From sequence record OR805293.1: DNA of 64,000 bases, one strand, 5' to 3'. Under the pieces are notes generated by a model, which made no database searches, was not told where the DNA came from, and worked only from the letters and a program-made list of their open reading frames with translations. Each line of letters opens with the position of its first letter. Positions within the stretch are counted from its first letter, which is position 1. This document shows positions 34,709 through 45,138 of this stretch, one piece after another. The position numbers and the translations under genes are program-made.

Positions 34709-37700
34709 TTAAATTCTCATATTCATTTCTGTTAAGTTATTTACTATCTCTACATTAGCTACAGTTGCAGTAGATATAAACAATTCATCTGATTCTGCTC
34801 TAATTTGGAATAAATTACCAAATTTAGAAGTTTGTTCTATAGGTACTATAACAACCGAACCTATAACTCCCGCTAGGGTTTGGTGAATGTATGCTGCTAA
34901 TTCTGTATAATAGAATGATTCACCGAAATCCCAGTTGTTTATGTTAAAATATTCGTCTATTGCAGAAACAACTTTAGATTTTATTTCGTTATCAGTTAAA
35001 GTAGTGGAACCTACTTTAACTACTTTAAATGTACATTTGTATTCTTCTCTTGCTTGCTGACCAAATAATACTTTAAATCTAGCAGGCTGGAATACAATTT
35101 GGTCTGACAGCATTTTGTATGTACTAAGATCACCAAATTGTATTCTTAGTTCTTCAGTAGTAGGCGATTCAGGGAAACGTTCGATAGGTAAATTTTGATT
35201 TTTCCATTTAAGGATGTCGTCATAATACGATTGTGTTAAAGTTACCATATCTACAATATTACTTATACTAGGATCTATTCTGTTATCCGAAGGAGCATAA
35301 TGTTTCCATTTATAATGCAACGGATAAAACTGAGAATCCTCATTCTGTGTATAACCCCTTCCGTTACTAACACTATGGTCATCATCAAACACATATGATA
35401 ATACAGCATAACTTGCAGTTAATGTCATAAACTGTGCTAATGAAGACGAATTGGCCTTCGCTGCGGTTATACCTGTTATTTCGTTAATAGTTTGATTATT
35501 TCCATTGTTAATGCGTATTGTTTCAAAAATACGACTACCAGGAGAATCTAAATTCTGTGTTACAATATTTATTCCGTCATTTTCTATGCGTTCTATAAAA
35601 ATAGTTGTCCCATTAACACTATTGTTACTATTATAATTATCAGAATATATTGCTTCTAATACTTTAGTCCTTAGCAATGATTTAAAAGATGATTCTGCTG
35701 CACTTGCAATTAAAACTAAGTCCCTTGCAACAACATCATTATAATTAAAATCTAAACTATTAGGATTCTGTTGGCGAAGATCTAGCCAAGATGCTTGCCA
35801 TAATCTATTATATTCATACCCGTCGTAATCTGTAGTTTTTTCGTGAAAAACTAAATCCGTAGGTGAAACAAATTGTTCGAAAATAAAAGTATTATCTGGT
35901 ATACCGTCTCTATCTCTATCTGCAGGAACTACTACTATTTTTCTGGGATCACTATAGCCGTCAGATTCTATAAATGTTTGGAAAGAATTCCAGACAATAG
36001 AATTACCCAATTGACCTTGATTAGAATAAAATATTCGTATAATATCGTTAACTTGTTGCCCTACGTATTCTGCATCTAAAACGCCAGCAGATGCAGCTCC
36101 GGTTGGCAATGCACCCGGTAATAATATGCCGTTTTGCCAATACTGAATTTCTTTAGGTAAAGTATCTCTGTATTTTAAAATTATTTTGTTGTCGGGATAT
36201 GTTAAACTAACTATACCATTAACCAAACGCCATTGACCGTTTCCGATAAACTGCCAATTTTCTACTATAGTAGGACCTGTGTTAATGCCTAGTATTTCTA
36301 TTTCATCTCTTTGTGCAGAACCGGTGTTTATATCAAATTCGGTTTCGTCAGTATCGTAGTAAAATTCTACGGTACCATTTGTTTCAAATATAAACTTTGT
36401 TCCTCTTGATAAAAATGTGTAATTATCTGTTTCAGTAGAGTACGTCAAAACAAGCATCCAGTCTTTTCTAACTGCAGGTTGAGATAAAGATAAATCGAAT
36501 TCAAAATTATCTAAATTTGTAGTGGGTACGCCCAATACAATAAACCACGAACCTTCTGGATCTACATCTATATCGTACTTTAATCCAAATTCATTTCTTC
36601 TAAATAGTTGATTTGCTATATCTGTAGTTTCTTCTGTATCAAACGTTGTTTTATATCTAGGATATACACTATCTACATACCAATTGGCTGGAATTTCTAT
36701 ATCAAATACAAATAAACTTGCGTTTAATCTAGTTGCAATAAACTCATTATCTGTAGTTGCATCCCCTTGTGACACCGGGTTAGTAATACTTTTAACGGTT
36801 ACTTCTTTATATTCTGTACCGTTTGTAAATTTAATTTTAGATCCGACAGAAAGGAATCTAAATTCCCCTTCTGGTCTATTATTATAATTCGTAGGATATA
36901 TATAGTTTGTAGATCCTTTAACTAAGTATCCTGTATTAGTTGCATCAGACGACGGATACGTTACCCACCTTGCTTGAGTAGAAGTGTATCTAAATATATT
37001 AGGAACTCCAGGGCGAACAATGGAGGTATTTATGGGGTTAGGAGTTGGGTTTTGTCTATATCTTATATACTCACTTAGGTAATTATTCCAATAAAAGTTG
37101 ATTAAATCTTGATTTCTGATAAATGTCTGTAAATTATTTCTAACTACTATATTTTCGCTAACTAATTTATCACCCATTGCTACTGTAGTAGAAGGCACAG
37201 TACTCTGATTGTATATAGAACCATCTTCGCCGAAAATATTTAAATTTTGATGAAATCCAGTTGGATCGTTAATATCTATGTATCTAGAATGTCCAGAATG
37301 AGTTCTATTGATAGCATGAACTTTTGCAATAGAACTACCCTGCGTTAACGGGAAAACATTATAGTCCTCGTTGTTTACCATTCTATCTTGGGTATAGTAT
37401 ACTTGAGGTGCTCTAGTTTTTATCTCATCGTTTGTTTCTGTAGGCGAAGAATTAGATATAGTTTGTTCTAAACTAAAAATTAATCGAAGATCATATTGTT
37501 GAGAATCCGCACCTATATACGGTATTACTAATTCCATCCCGGATGCTTCTTCCGGACGTAAAGTAAAAGTAGTGTTAGATGAAACTCTATACCATACTCT
37601 AAATGTACCTGTAGGAATAGTACCGAAATTTCCATCAGAGAATTTAACAGAAATTTGATCATTAACTCTAGAAACTACTTCAAATATATTTCTTATACCT

Positions 37701-38668
37701 AAGTTAATACTATTATAAATTATATTTGTTCCGCCAGAAACGTTAGGTACCTTAGTCCATTTTTCTTCAACAGTTCCGATTTCGTTAATCTCTTGGACCC
37801 ACACATCAGTTTCATTTATATTTCTATCATTTATATCTATAATTCTATTTTGAACAGGGAAATCGAATGCAAAATCTTTAAATGCAAGAGTACCTTGTTT
37901 AAATTGCAAAAAGAAACCTGTGTTTGCAGAATCTAGCCCCTGGCCATCGTTCCTGTATATAACATGAAACGCATCGTCTGGATCGGGTTGTCTTTCCGTA
38001 AATGTTTCGTCAAAATCTGAGTTAACTACTTCAAACGGTAGGGCGACATTATTAACAACTATCGGTATAGGAAATGCAACGTTTACCCTTTTTACGTTGT
38101 TTAATTGATATAAGCTAGTAGGTATATTACCTACTGTTCCACTTTTAAATGGTCTACCGAATGGATTAGTAGAAGCAAATGCCGCATTTAATATAGTTAT
38201 AAACTTGTCATAACTATCTATATCATTAGGATCATTCCAAAATACAGTTCTATTATTTAAACTCCTTTCTTGAGAATCTGTAACTGGTTCCGACGTTTGC
38301 ACACCTATTAATTTAAATAACCCTTTAGCAGGTATATTTCGTTTAGGTTGATAGTTTATCATTCTAGCTAAACGTATAATGCTATCCCTACGCTCAGCAG
38401 TATCCATAAAGTTTTCTCTAGAATTTAAATCCATTCTGAATGCAAGGCTAGTTCCTAGATATGCAAGCAATTCAATAATAGCAATAAATTCAGAGCTTTC
38501 TATGTAATCATTAAAATCTTCAGGATAATGAATTTGAACATAATTAACTAACGCAGTCTTTAAGGAATCAAAATCATATGCTTTGAAATCGACGTCCTTG
38601 AAACTTTTATATATTTTTCTATAATCTTCCGCTGCGAACAGATTAGATTGTCTTACGTCTTGTGACAT
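34709..38668 (-). CDS. gp6: Baseplate wedge subunit gp6
   Basis: DF..YDFDSLK.AL..Y...YPEDFNDY.ESSEF..IIELLAY...E.F..TAERR.S; V.FSDG.FG.IP; ETNDEIK.RAP..Y.TQDRMVN.EDY. Confidence 0.9.
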   Translation of the reverse strand: MSQDVRQSNLFAAEDYRKIYKSFKDVDFKAYDFDSLKTALVNYVQIHYPEDFNDYIESSEFIAIIELLAYLGTSLAFRMDLNSRENFMDTAERRDSIIRLARMINYQPKRNIPAKGLFKLIGVQTSEPVTDSQERSLNNRTVFWNDPNDIDSYDKFITILNAAFASTNPFGRPFKSGTVGNIPTSLYQLNNVKRVNVAFPIPIVVNNVALPFEVVNSDFDETFTERQPDPDDAFHVIYRNDGQGLDSANTGFFLQFKQGTLAFKDFAFDFPVQNRIIDINDRNINETDVWVQEINEIGTVEEKWTKVPNVSGGTNIIYNSINLGIRNIFEVVSRVNDQISVKFSDGNFGTIPTGTFRVWYRVSSNTTFTLRPEEASGMELVIPYIGADSQQYDLRLIFSLEQTISNSSPTETNDEIKTRAPQVYYTQDRMVNNEDYNVFPLTQGSSIAKVHAINRTHSGHSRYIDINDPTGFHQNLNIFGEDGSIYNQSTVPSTTVAMGDKLVSENIVVRNNLQTFIRNQDLINFYWNNYLSEYIRYRQNPTPNPINTSIVRPGVPNIFRYTSTQARWVTYPSSDATNTGYLVKGSTNYIYPTNYNNRPEGEFRFLSVGSKIKFTNGTEYKEVTVKSITNPVSQGDATTDNEFIATRLNASLFVFDIEIPANWYVDSVYPRYKTTFDTEETTDIANQLFRRNEFGLKYDIDVDPEGSWFIVLGVPTTNLDNFEFDLSLSQPAVRKDWMLVLTYSTETDNYTFLSRGTKFIFETNGTVEFYYDTDETEFDINTGSAQRDEIEILGINTGPTIVENWQFIGNGQWRLVNGIVSLTYPDNKIILKYRDTLPKEIQYWQNGILLPGALPTGAASAGVLDAEYVGQQVNDIIRIFYSNQGQLGNSIVWNSFQTFIESDGYSDPRKIVVVPADRDRDGIPDNTFIFEQFVSPTDLVFHEKTTDYDGYEYNRLWQASWLDLRQQNPNSLDFNYNDVVARDLVLIASAAESSFKSLLRTKVLEAIYSDNYNSNNSVNGTTIFIERIENDGINIVTQNLDSPGSRIFETIRINNGNNQTINEITGITAAKANSSSLAQFMTLTASYAVLSYVFDDDHSVSNGRGYTQNEDSQFYPLHYKWKHYAPSDNRIDPSISNIVDMVTLTQSYYDDILKWKNQNLPIERFPESPTTEELRIQFGDLSTYKMLSDQIVFQPARFKVLFGQQAREEYKCTFKVVKVGSTTLTDNEIKSKVVSAIDEYFNINNWDFGESFYYTELAAYIHQTLAGVIGSVVIVPIEQTSKFGNLFQIRAESDELFISTATVANVEIVNNLTEMNMRI

Positions 38669-38682
38669 GAATTAATTCCTAC

Positions 38683-39075
38683 TTATAATCTATCTATGTT
38701 AGAACTATTTTCTTGAGTAAAAATAGCAATAAGCCTTTCTGGGGTTTGGTATGGCAAAAATGTAAGTAATACCTCTATTCTTATTCCGTTGTGAAGTTGT
38801 ATTACTTTTATATCGTCATCGCTATTTAATTGAACTCTCGGGTCAGAACCAATTACGTCCTTGACATCATCTACAACTATTCCTACTGTATATTCGTCTA
38901 GGGGATCCATTACATAGTCGTGTATGATACTTCCGAATTCGGGTAACATAACTCGTTCGCCCTTTCTTGTATAGAAATGATTCATTAAATCTACTTTAAC
39001 TAAATCTATGTCATTTACTTGATACGGTGGCCTAACTTTACCTACCGTAGAAAATCCAATAAACACTTTTGCCAC
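38683..39075 (-). CDS. gp25: Baseplate wedge subunit gp25
   Basis: D.DLVK.DL.NHF.TRKGERVM.PEFGS....V..DPRV; own late promoter GATAAATA at 39106-39099. Confidence 0.92.
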   Translation of the reverse strand: MAKVFIGFSTVGKVRPPYQVNDIDLVKVDLMNHFYTRKGERVMLPEFGSIIHDYVMDPLDEYTVGIVVDDVKDVIGSDPRVQLNSDDDIKVIQLHNGIRIEVLLTFLPYQTPERLIAIFTQENSSNIDRL

Positions 39076-39211
39076 TTTATTATTCCTGTTTATTTCAATA
39101 TTTATCTGGATATTTTTCTACATACTTAACTTGACGGATAACAGTAAAATTAGTATACTGTATGCATGTTAAGTAATTCCGCTTAACAGTAACTAAGCAA
39201 AGAAAAAGAAA

Positions 39212-39454
39212 ATGGCAAAAGAAAAAGTAACTTTCCCTATCTATAAATTCAACCGCATTGCAGAAATGGCTGACAAATATAATTCTAAAACTAAGACACA
39301 ACGGTTTCAAGTTATGTCTAAGTTTAAAGGAACTCAGCTCATAGAAGTTGGACTGTACGATACTAAAGATAAGAAATATGTACTAGTAGATACACGCCAT
39401 TATACAATGGATGATTGTATAAAAGAAATGGAATCTATGATTTCAGGAAAGTAA
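39212..39454 (+). CDS. Hypothetical basic protein (80 aa), antisense insertion in the baseplate operon
   Basis: sigma70 promoter TTGACG-17-TATACT at 39131-39159. Confidence 0.8.
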   Translation: MAKEKVTFPIYKFNRIAEMADKYNSKTKTQRFQVMSKFKGTQLIEVGLYDTKDKKYVLVDTRHYTMDDCIKEMESMISGK

Positions 39455-39498
39455 CTTAAACAGAAGGGAGGGGGTTAAGTAACTAACCCCCTATTTTT

Positions 39499-39783
39499 AT
39501 GCCCGGAAAATTAAAGTATCATAATAGCTATGACTTTATATACGGCGTCTATGTTATCGCAAAAGATTCCCACAAAGGACAATATGTATGCATAGCTTTA
39601 TCCGAAGACTTAGACGAAGAATATATATTTAATGAAATCAATTTTTATAGTGTACGCTATATAAAAGATAATTTCTACGATGTATATTGCAAATTCGATT
39701 TATTTACTTTTGCTAGAATGTTGGCAACACATTTAGAATTATTGTACGACAGAAGATACAATTATTTTAATGACGATTTATAA
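39499..39783 (+). CDS. Hypothetical protein (94 aa)
   Basis: ORF ending at a bidirectional terminator. Confidence 0.7.
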   Translation: MPGKLKYHNSYDFIYGVYVIAKDSHKGQYVCIALSEDLDEEYIFNEINFYSVRYIKDNFYDVYCKFDLFTFARMLATHLELLYDRRYNYFNDDL

Positions 39784-39802
39784 AGGAGCATTATGCTCCT
39801 TT
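39782..39802. terminator. Bidirectional terminator
   Basis: aaaggagca-tta-tgctccttt; identical to 63768..63788. Confidence 0.8.
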
Positions 39803-41224
39803 ATTTTTGTGCTCAGGGCACGGTTCGAATGTATTAAATCTAGATACTATAGTAGTTACTCCTGGCTGAGACATTCTATTATATCTATTTGCATCACTAA
39901 ACTCAGGCAATATATTAGTTTTGCCATTAGTAGTAGGTGTACTTGCTTCAGTAGGAGAATCAGGCGCCGGCGGCTGCGGACCGTTCATATGTATATTAGC
40001 ACCTAACTCGATAATATCCCCACCTGCACTTAACCCATATGTTCCGTTAGTAGCAGTTGCTATCTGTCCTGCAGCTTGTAAATTATAATTAGAACCTGCT
40101 TTTAAAGATATATCAACTCCGGCAGTGTTATGCAAACTGCCTCCTAATTGATTTAGTAATGTATCTTTTTGTGATTGAATATTTAAATTATTATTAGCTT
40201 GTATAAATATATCTCCGCCTTGACCTGTTAGTTCCGGGGCTATGCCTCCGGTAGAAACAGTAGTATAGTCTTTAGATGCTTTAATGTTTATATTTCTTCC
40301 TGCCTCTATATTAATATCTCTATCTGCTCGTATATTGAAATCTTCCATAAAACGTAAAGATCCGGATTTTGCACCAAATACATCTACGTTACCTGAGTTA
40401 TCTAATTCTATCCAAGCAGTGCCCAATTTATTAATTATATAAATTATTCCATTAGTTTCATCTAATCTTATTTGAGCACCAGATCTAGTTCTTAATGTGA
40501 TATGTTCGGATGTGGGTGCATCATCCATAACGAACTGATGACCGCCATGCCTTCTTGCATTTGCACCGTCTATTACTGGTCCTGGGGTAAGAATACCGAA
40601 TACCTGACTAGGTGCTTCCCTGCGTGCAGATGATGAAGATACACCCCGTATATTATCGTTAATAAGCCCTTGCGTTTTTAATCCTTGGGCAAGACTAGCA
40701 ACAGGTTTATTAATAGTTTGTGCATTTACTTTTTCTAGTGTGTTTTTATTATATTCGCCTACAGGTAGAGATTTGCCTGCTGTCTCATAATTATTAACAC
40801 TGCCGGCAACTGCAGGAATCATATGATTCATCTGTTGTTGCCATATGCATCCAAACCAAAATCCCTTTGCAGGGTCGCCATTAGCAAACATTACAGCTAC
40901 TTGATTTTCAAGATCCGGCGGAACTGCCCACATACCGTAAGATGTTTGTGTTTCGTGGAATGCAGATACATCTTGTGAGCCGCCGATTGTCATAGGATTA
41001 GTTGCGCCAGCAAATGGCGAACAGTATCCAACTAACAACCAACCAGATTCATCGCTCGGATCAGTACCGAATTCCGGGACCCAAACCCTAAGTCTTCCCA
41101 TTCTGTTGCTATCGACATTATCTTTGACAAACCCAATATACATTCCGTAATATTTTTGTGCTCTGCCGGTTGGTGTTTTGCTAGCAGACGGATTTACACC
41201 TACTGTTCTAGAATATGTACTCAT
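39791..41224 (-). CDS. gp5: Baseplate central spike gp5 (OB-fold and beta-helix; no lysozyme domain evident)
   Basis: G.VKDN.D..RMGRLRVW.PEF; SYGMW..PPD..NQV.V.F.NGD; GGHQFVMDD; IHMNG. Confidence 0.88.
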   Translation of the reverse strand: MSTYSRTVGVNPSASKTPTGRAQKYYGMYIGFVKDNVDSNRMGRLRVWVPEFGTDPSDESGWLLVGYCSPFAGATNPMTIGGSQDVSAFHETQTSYGMWAVPPDLENQVAVMFANGDPAKGFWFGCIWQQQMNHMIPAVAGSVNNYETAGKSLPVGEYNKNTLEKVNAQTINKPVASLAQGLKTQGLINDNIRGVSSSSARREAPSQVFGILTPGPVIDGANARRHGGHQFVMDDAPTSEHITLRTRSGAQIRLDETNGIIYIINKLGTAWIELDNSGNVDVFGAKSGSLRFMEDFNIRADRDINIEAGRNINIKASKDYTTVSTGGIAPELTGQGGDIFIQANNNLNIQSQKDTLLNQLGGSLHNTAGVDISLKAGSNYNLQAAGQIATATNGTYGLSAGGDIIELGANIHMNGPQPPAPDSPTEASTPTTNGKTNILPEFSDANRYNRMSQPGVTTIVSRFNTFEPCPEHKNKGA

Positions 41225-43248
41225 TATTGATTAAACCTTTGGATGTCTATGTCTGTTATATCAGTTAATTTATCTCTTACTGCTTGCAATTCTTGACGGA
41301 ATATGCCTTTGGAAAAAACATGCTTCACTACTATAACTTGATATATGCCATTTATAATAGTATTTTGTTTCATGGAAGATGTTACTGTTCCTTCTATATA
41401 ATTTAAATTAGGAGTCTGACTAGTAAACAAAAAGAATACTTGAGACGAAGTAGGATTAACATAAGATGTATTTGTACTGTTTATCCTATCCTCTACTGTA
41501 CTTATTTTATTAGTTGTAGGCGGACCTAGCCAATAAGGATCTCCTTTTATAGATAAATCTATTTTAAGCAATTCGGCGTTATCATCATACATTATTTGAG
41601 AAAATAATGAAGATAAAAAAGATTTACCTGCATGATAGTTATCTTCTACACCTATATCATCATTTGAAGTATCTGGAGTTTCTATAGTTGTAATAGGAAG
41701 TTTACTTAATGAATCTGCAGTAGCATCTTCTATAAATTGTATGGCATTTTGCCTTACTTCAGTTTCTTGATCTGTGTCGGGATCTGCATTTGTATTTTCT
41801 CTAATCCTTGCCTGCCTTCCTTTTGACACCAGAGACGATTGTTCTGTATTTGTATCTACAGTAGATACATTTCTAGGATCCTGGCGATCTGTACCAGGAG
41901 TAACAGTTGAATTAAATTTGCTTTTCACAGATGCACTAGTTGACATCTTCTGTTTTAATAATAACTGATCAGGTGACATTCTTCTACCTGGATCAACAGA
42001 TGTATAGGTATCTACTGTTCCTGTTTGCCTAGGTAGCGTAGCATACCACATGAAATTAAATTTCAAATTAAAATCTAATATTTGATCATTTAATCCAGTA
42101 AATAGATAATTATAATGCTTTCTTAGAACACTTCTACCTAAATATTCATTAAATCTGTTTTCTGAAGACTCGGGTGTAACTCTAGATTCATCCTTCGATG
42201 CAACTATTGTCATTGTATCGTACGGTACGATAACATACCTAAAATTCCTAGCATAATCCCCTCTTCCTGGGTCATATTCTAGCGTGTCTACTTGAGACAA
42301 AACCCTATATAATTTTTTAACCATAGACCTATTTGGATCTGGATTAAATTGGGGGTGAGCCGGAACATCCGAACCTGCAATTTCCTTTTCAATAACTTCT
42401 GTAGAATTTATTATAGTTTCAATTATATACTGAATACTAGTATTATCATAAAATTGAACAGTAGTTACTGAGTTATCATCCACTACATAGTCAGATAATC
42501 TGTCAATTGTTTGGTCGGAATTAGATATTTTTAACGGAGCATTTATTAATCTCTCATCCGAAATTATTATTTCGTACTTATCTGGCTTCAATTGTTTATT
42601 AGATGCTCGCTGTGGCTGTCTATCATTGAGTGATTGTTTTAATTTTTCTAACATTTCGCCTACAGTTTTGCCAGAAAGAGATATACCTTGTTGCATATCG
42701 CCGTATTGGTTTGTATATCCTAGTTCACTGTATACTGCTCCTACAAAATCATAAGTTGTACCCGATCCTGTAACAACCATATCCATTTTAGTTATAGTAA
42801 TAGGAAATACCCATTTTGCCTTCATAACAGACGGCAACGAAGAAGTTGTTGTTCTACCTTTAAAAGTCAATTCCATAAAATATGGTGCTTTTAAGTAATT
42901 ATCTATACCTAAACTAACAGCAGATGCATATAACTGATCTAACATACTACTGCCATGAGGTTCTTGAATTTTAAAAGATAATGTTGTAGACTCACCCGTG
43001 CCAGTTTCTACTGTCATTCCGGGAACAGTTGTTAATATGAAGTCATCTATACCTAATCCAGTAACACCCGATTCTGCAATTGTTATTTGCCTGGACCTGT
43101 CTAATACATTATTGTTTACTATATCTTCTATAGAGCACATATATAGTCGCAAATGATAAGTAGTGCTAGTTATAGAATCTAATGGATTAGGTAAAAACGG
43201 ATACATATTTGTATCCGTATTAGTAGGAGTAGGTTTGTTTAATGACAT
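41224..43248 (-). CDS. Baseplate hub protein (gp27-like)
   Basis: Between gp53 and gp5; IDLSIKGDPYWLG and GIYQV..V.H.F..G.F.Q.L motifs. Confidence 0.7.
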   Translation of the reverse strand: MSLNKPTPTNTDTNMYPFLPNPLDSITSTTYHLRLYMCSIEDIVNNNVLDRSRQITIAESGVTGLGIDDFILTTVPGMTVETGTGESTTLSFKIQEPHGSSMLDQLYASAVSLGIDNYLKAPYFMELTFKGRTTTSSLPSVMKAKWVFPITITKMDMVVTGSGTTYDFVGAVYSELGYTNQYGDMQQGISLSGKTVGEMLEKLKQSLNDRQPQRASNKQLKPDKYEIIISDERLINAPLKISNSDQTIDRLSDYVVDDNSVTTVQFYDNTSIQYIIETIINSTEVIEKEIAGSDVPAHPQFNPDPNRSMVKKLYRVLSQVDTLEYDPGRGDYARNFRYVIVPYDTMTIVASKDESRVTPESSENRFNEYLGRSVLRKHYNYLFTGLNDQILDFNLKFNFMWYATLPRQTGTVDTYTSVDPGRRMSPDQLLLKQKMSTSASVKSKFNSTVTPGTDRQDPRNVSTVDTNTEQSSLVSKGRQARIRENTNADPDTDQETEVRQNAIQFIEDATADSLSKLPITTIETPDTSNDDIGVEDNYHAGKSFLSSLFSQIMYDDNAELLKIDLSIKGDPYWLGPPTTNKISTVEDRINSTNTSYVNPTSSQVFFLFTSQTPNLNYIEGTVTSSMKQNTIINGIYQVIVVKHVFSKGIFRQELQAVRDKLTDITDIDIQRFNQ

Positions 43249-43547
43249 TAAATTATACCTTCTAACGATTCTATAGTGGGTGCATATATAGATTTTCCTG
43301 CAGTAAAATCGTATATAGGATCGATTAATTCATCCATATTTCTTACCGCAAATACCCACCAAAGTTCTTCTGTTCCGTATAAATCATACGAAAGCAAATC
43401 AGGTCTTTGATCATATTTAGGTGCAATAACAATTAATTCATCAGTTATATTAGGTAATATTTTCCTAGGAACCCATAAATCTAAATAAAAATCTTTTATA
43501 GGTGTATCATAATATCGGCTTTTCGTAGAAGAAATGTTATTTGCCAT
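43248..43547 (-). CDS. gp53: Baseplate wedge gp53-like (LysM-type) protein
   Basis: YDQRPDLLSYDLYGTEELWWVFAVRN...DPIYDF..GK.I..P. Confidence 0.8.
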   Translation of the reverse strand: MANNISSTKSRYYDTPIKDFYLDLWVPRKILPNITDELIVIAPKYDQRPDLLSYDLYGTEELWWVFAVRNMDELIDPIYDFTAGKSIYAPTIESLEGII

Positions 43548-44182
43548 TATATAAATCCTTTATTATTCTTCAGTAACTCACCTGTCCTAAATTTACTTAG
43601 ATCAAATGTCTGCCTAACCTCTTGTGGATTATATTGAGGTTCTAACGTTATCGTCATAGTTAATTGAGTAGGAACATCTGTATTTTCACTTATATTGTTA
43701 AATCTTACAGGGACATAATCTACTTTGTTGTCTAAAATAATACTGAAATTTTTAACAACTACTGGCACATTTTTGAACATGTATGTTCCTAAGTAATTAA
43801 ATGATAAAATAGGCGGTGGCGTGCCTGCTCTTACTAAATCTGTTTGTCCGAAGTAATTTTTTGTTACTGTTCGCATAAAATGCATTGCTGCTAATGTATA
43901 TCTTGCCTCTACATCTGTTTGTGATGTAAATATTGCCTCTACTGATATGGGCTGAGGTGCAGATTTAACATATGCAAGGTATTTGTAGTTAGTATGAGTA
44001 AAATGAAAGGATTCATCGTATTCTGCATCTGCTGCTAATGTAACTATCGGTCTGAACGGAAATATCAAACCGCCTGTCTTTTTTAGAGGTGCAAGAATGT
44101 TAACAAGCTGGTCATTACTTTCTCCAAATAAATCATTTGCAGCTAACGCATTCTTTGGTTTTAAAATTGCTCTACTATCCAC
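43547..44182 (-). CDS. Tail tube-like / baseplate-tube junction protein (gp48/gp54-like)
   Basis: GLIFP..P.V...A.Y....HTNY...Y..S....I.V.A.FT.Q...A.MHF.RTVTK.YFG...GTPPP.L...VPVVV; late promoter at 44210-44203. Confidence 0.75.
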   Translation of the reverse strand: MDSRAILKPKNALAANDLFGESNDQLVNILAPLKKTGGLIFPFRPIVTLAADAEYDESFHFTHTNYKYLAYVKSAPQPISVEAIFTSQTDVEARYTLAAMHFMRTVTKNYFGQTDLVRAGTPPPILSFNYLGTYMFKNVPVVVKNFSIILDNKVDYVPVRFNNISENTDVPTQLTMTITLEPQYNPQEVRQTFDLSKFRTGELLKNNKGFI

Positions 44183-44284
44183 GATATATAATCTCTTTTA
44201 TATATTTATCAGTAGGTTTATATGCTAATATTTGACTTTGAAAATATTTTGTTGTAAAATAATAATAAAAAGCATGGATGCACA

Positions 44285-45127
44285 ATGAATACAAAAATTG
44301 TAGTTAATTATATTAATAATAAAGAAATGTTAAAGGAAATACATCGTAGTAAAAATTCATTCTGCGAATATATTTCCCCAAAGTATAAAGATTACGATAT
44401 TATCTTTACTTCAAAAGAAGACTGTCTGAAACAAGAAAATATAAACGCAGCAATACTTAAACGAGCAGAGCGTTTAACTCAAGTACAGATAGATGAATAT
44501 GCATTAAGAACAAATACTAGTTCTAAAAAAGCAAAAGCATCTATAACCCAAGTAGATCCTGCAACAATAAATAAACATGATGTTGTTTTTCGTGTTATCA
44601 CATACGAACATATTCCAGAAGATCATGATAGGAAAAAGACAAAAAAATCAATTAAAGACTATCATGTTAAGTTAAATTTTACTCCTTTTAAGCATTTTAT
44701 TATAGACGAAAATAATAACTTAGTAGAAGTAGGCAGAAGTCACAGCAAAAAAGGAGAGTTTTGCTTAACTGGAGGATCTATATCAGATAGATTAGCAAAA
44801 ATGTTTATGTTGTTAATTGACAAATTCGGTCAAAAAAGCAACTGGCGTGGATATTCATATCTAGATGAAATGAAGGGACAAGCTTTACTTCAGTTAGCGT
44901 CTATGGGGTTGCAATTCGACGAACATTTAAGCGATAATCCCTTTGCATATTACACTTCGTCTATAAACAATTCTTTTACTAGGGTATTCAACATAGAAAA
45001 ACGTAATCAAATAATCAGGGACGATTTATTACAAAATATGGGACAAAATCCTAGCCTTACTAGACAATTAGAACACGATGAGCAAATTCGGTTGCTCAGA
45101 GAATTAAATGATTCTAAAGATGATTAA
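44285..45127 (+). CDS. gp55: Late-transcription sigma factor gp55
   Basis: NYINNKE.L.EI; NWRGYSY.DEM; FD....NPFAYYT..I.NSF.R....EK; promoter TTGACT-17-TAAAAT at 44232-44260. Confidence 0.92.
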   Translation: MNTKIVVNYINNKEMLKEIHRSKNSFCEYISPKYKDYDIIFTSKEDCLKQENINAAILKRAERLTQVQIDEYALRTNTSSKKAKASITQVDPATINKHDVVFRVITYEHIPEDHDRKKTKKSIKDYHVKLNFTPFKHFIIDENNNLVEVGRSHSKKGEFCLTGGSISDRLAKMFMLLIDKFGQKSNWRGYSYLDEMKGQALLQLASMGLQFDEHLSDNPFAYYTSSINNSFTRVFNIEKRNQIIRDDLLQNMGQNPSLTRQLEHDEQIRLLRELNDSKDD

Positions 45128-45138
45128 AAGGATTTAAA

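Noticed and set aside
19359-36887. Many plus-strand 60-140 aa ORFs within the baseplate genes
   Set aside because: Antisense shadows of long minus-strand structural genes; no RBS or promoters.
39791-41224. Lysozyme domain in gp5
   Set aside because: No T4-lysozyme catalytic motif is visible and 477 aa fits OB-fold plus beta-helix only; this is common in T4-like jumbo phages.
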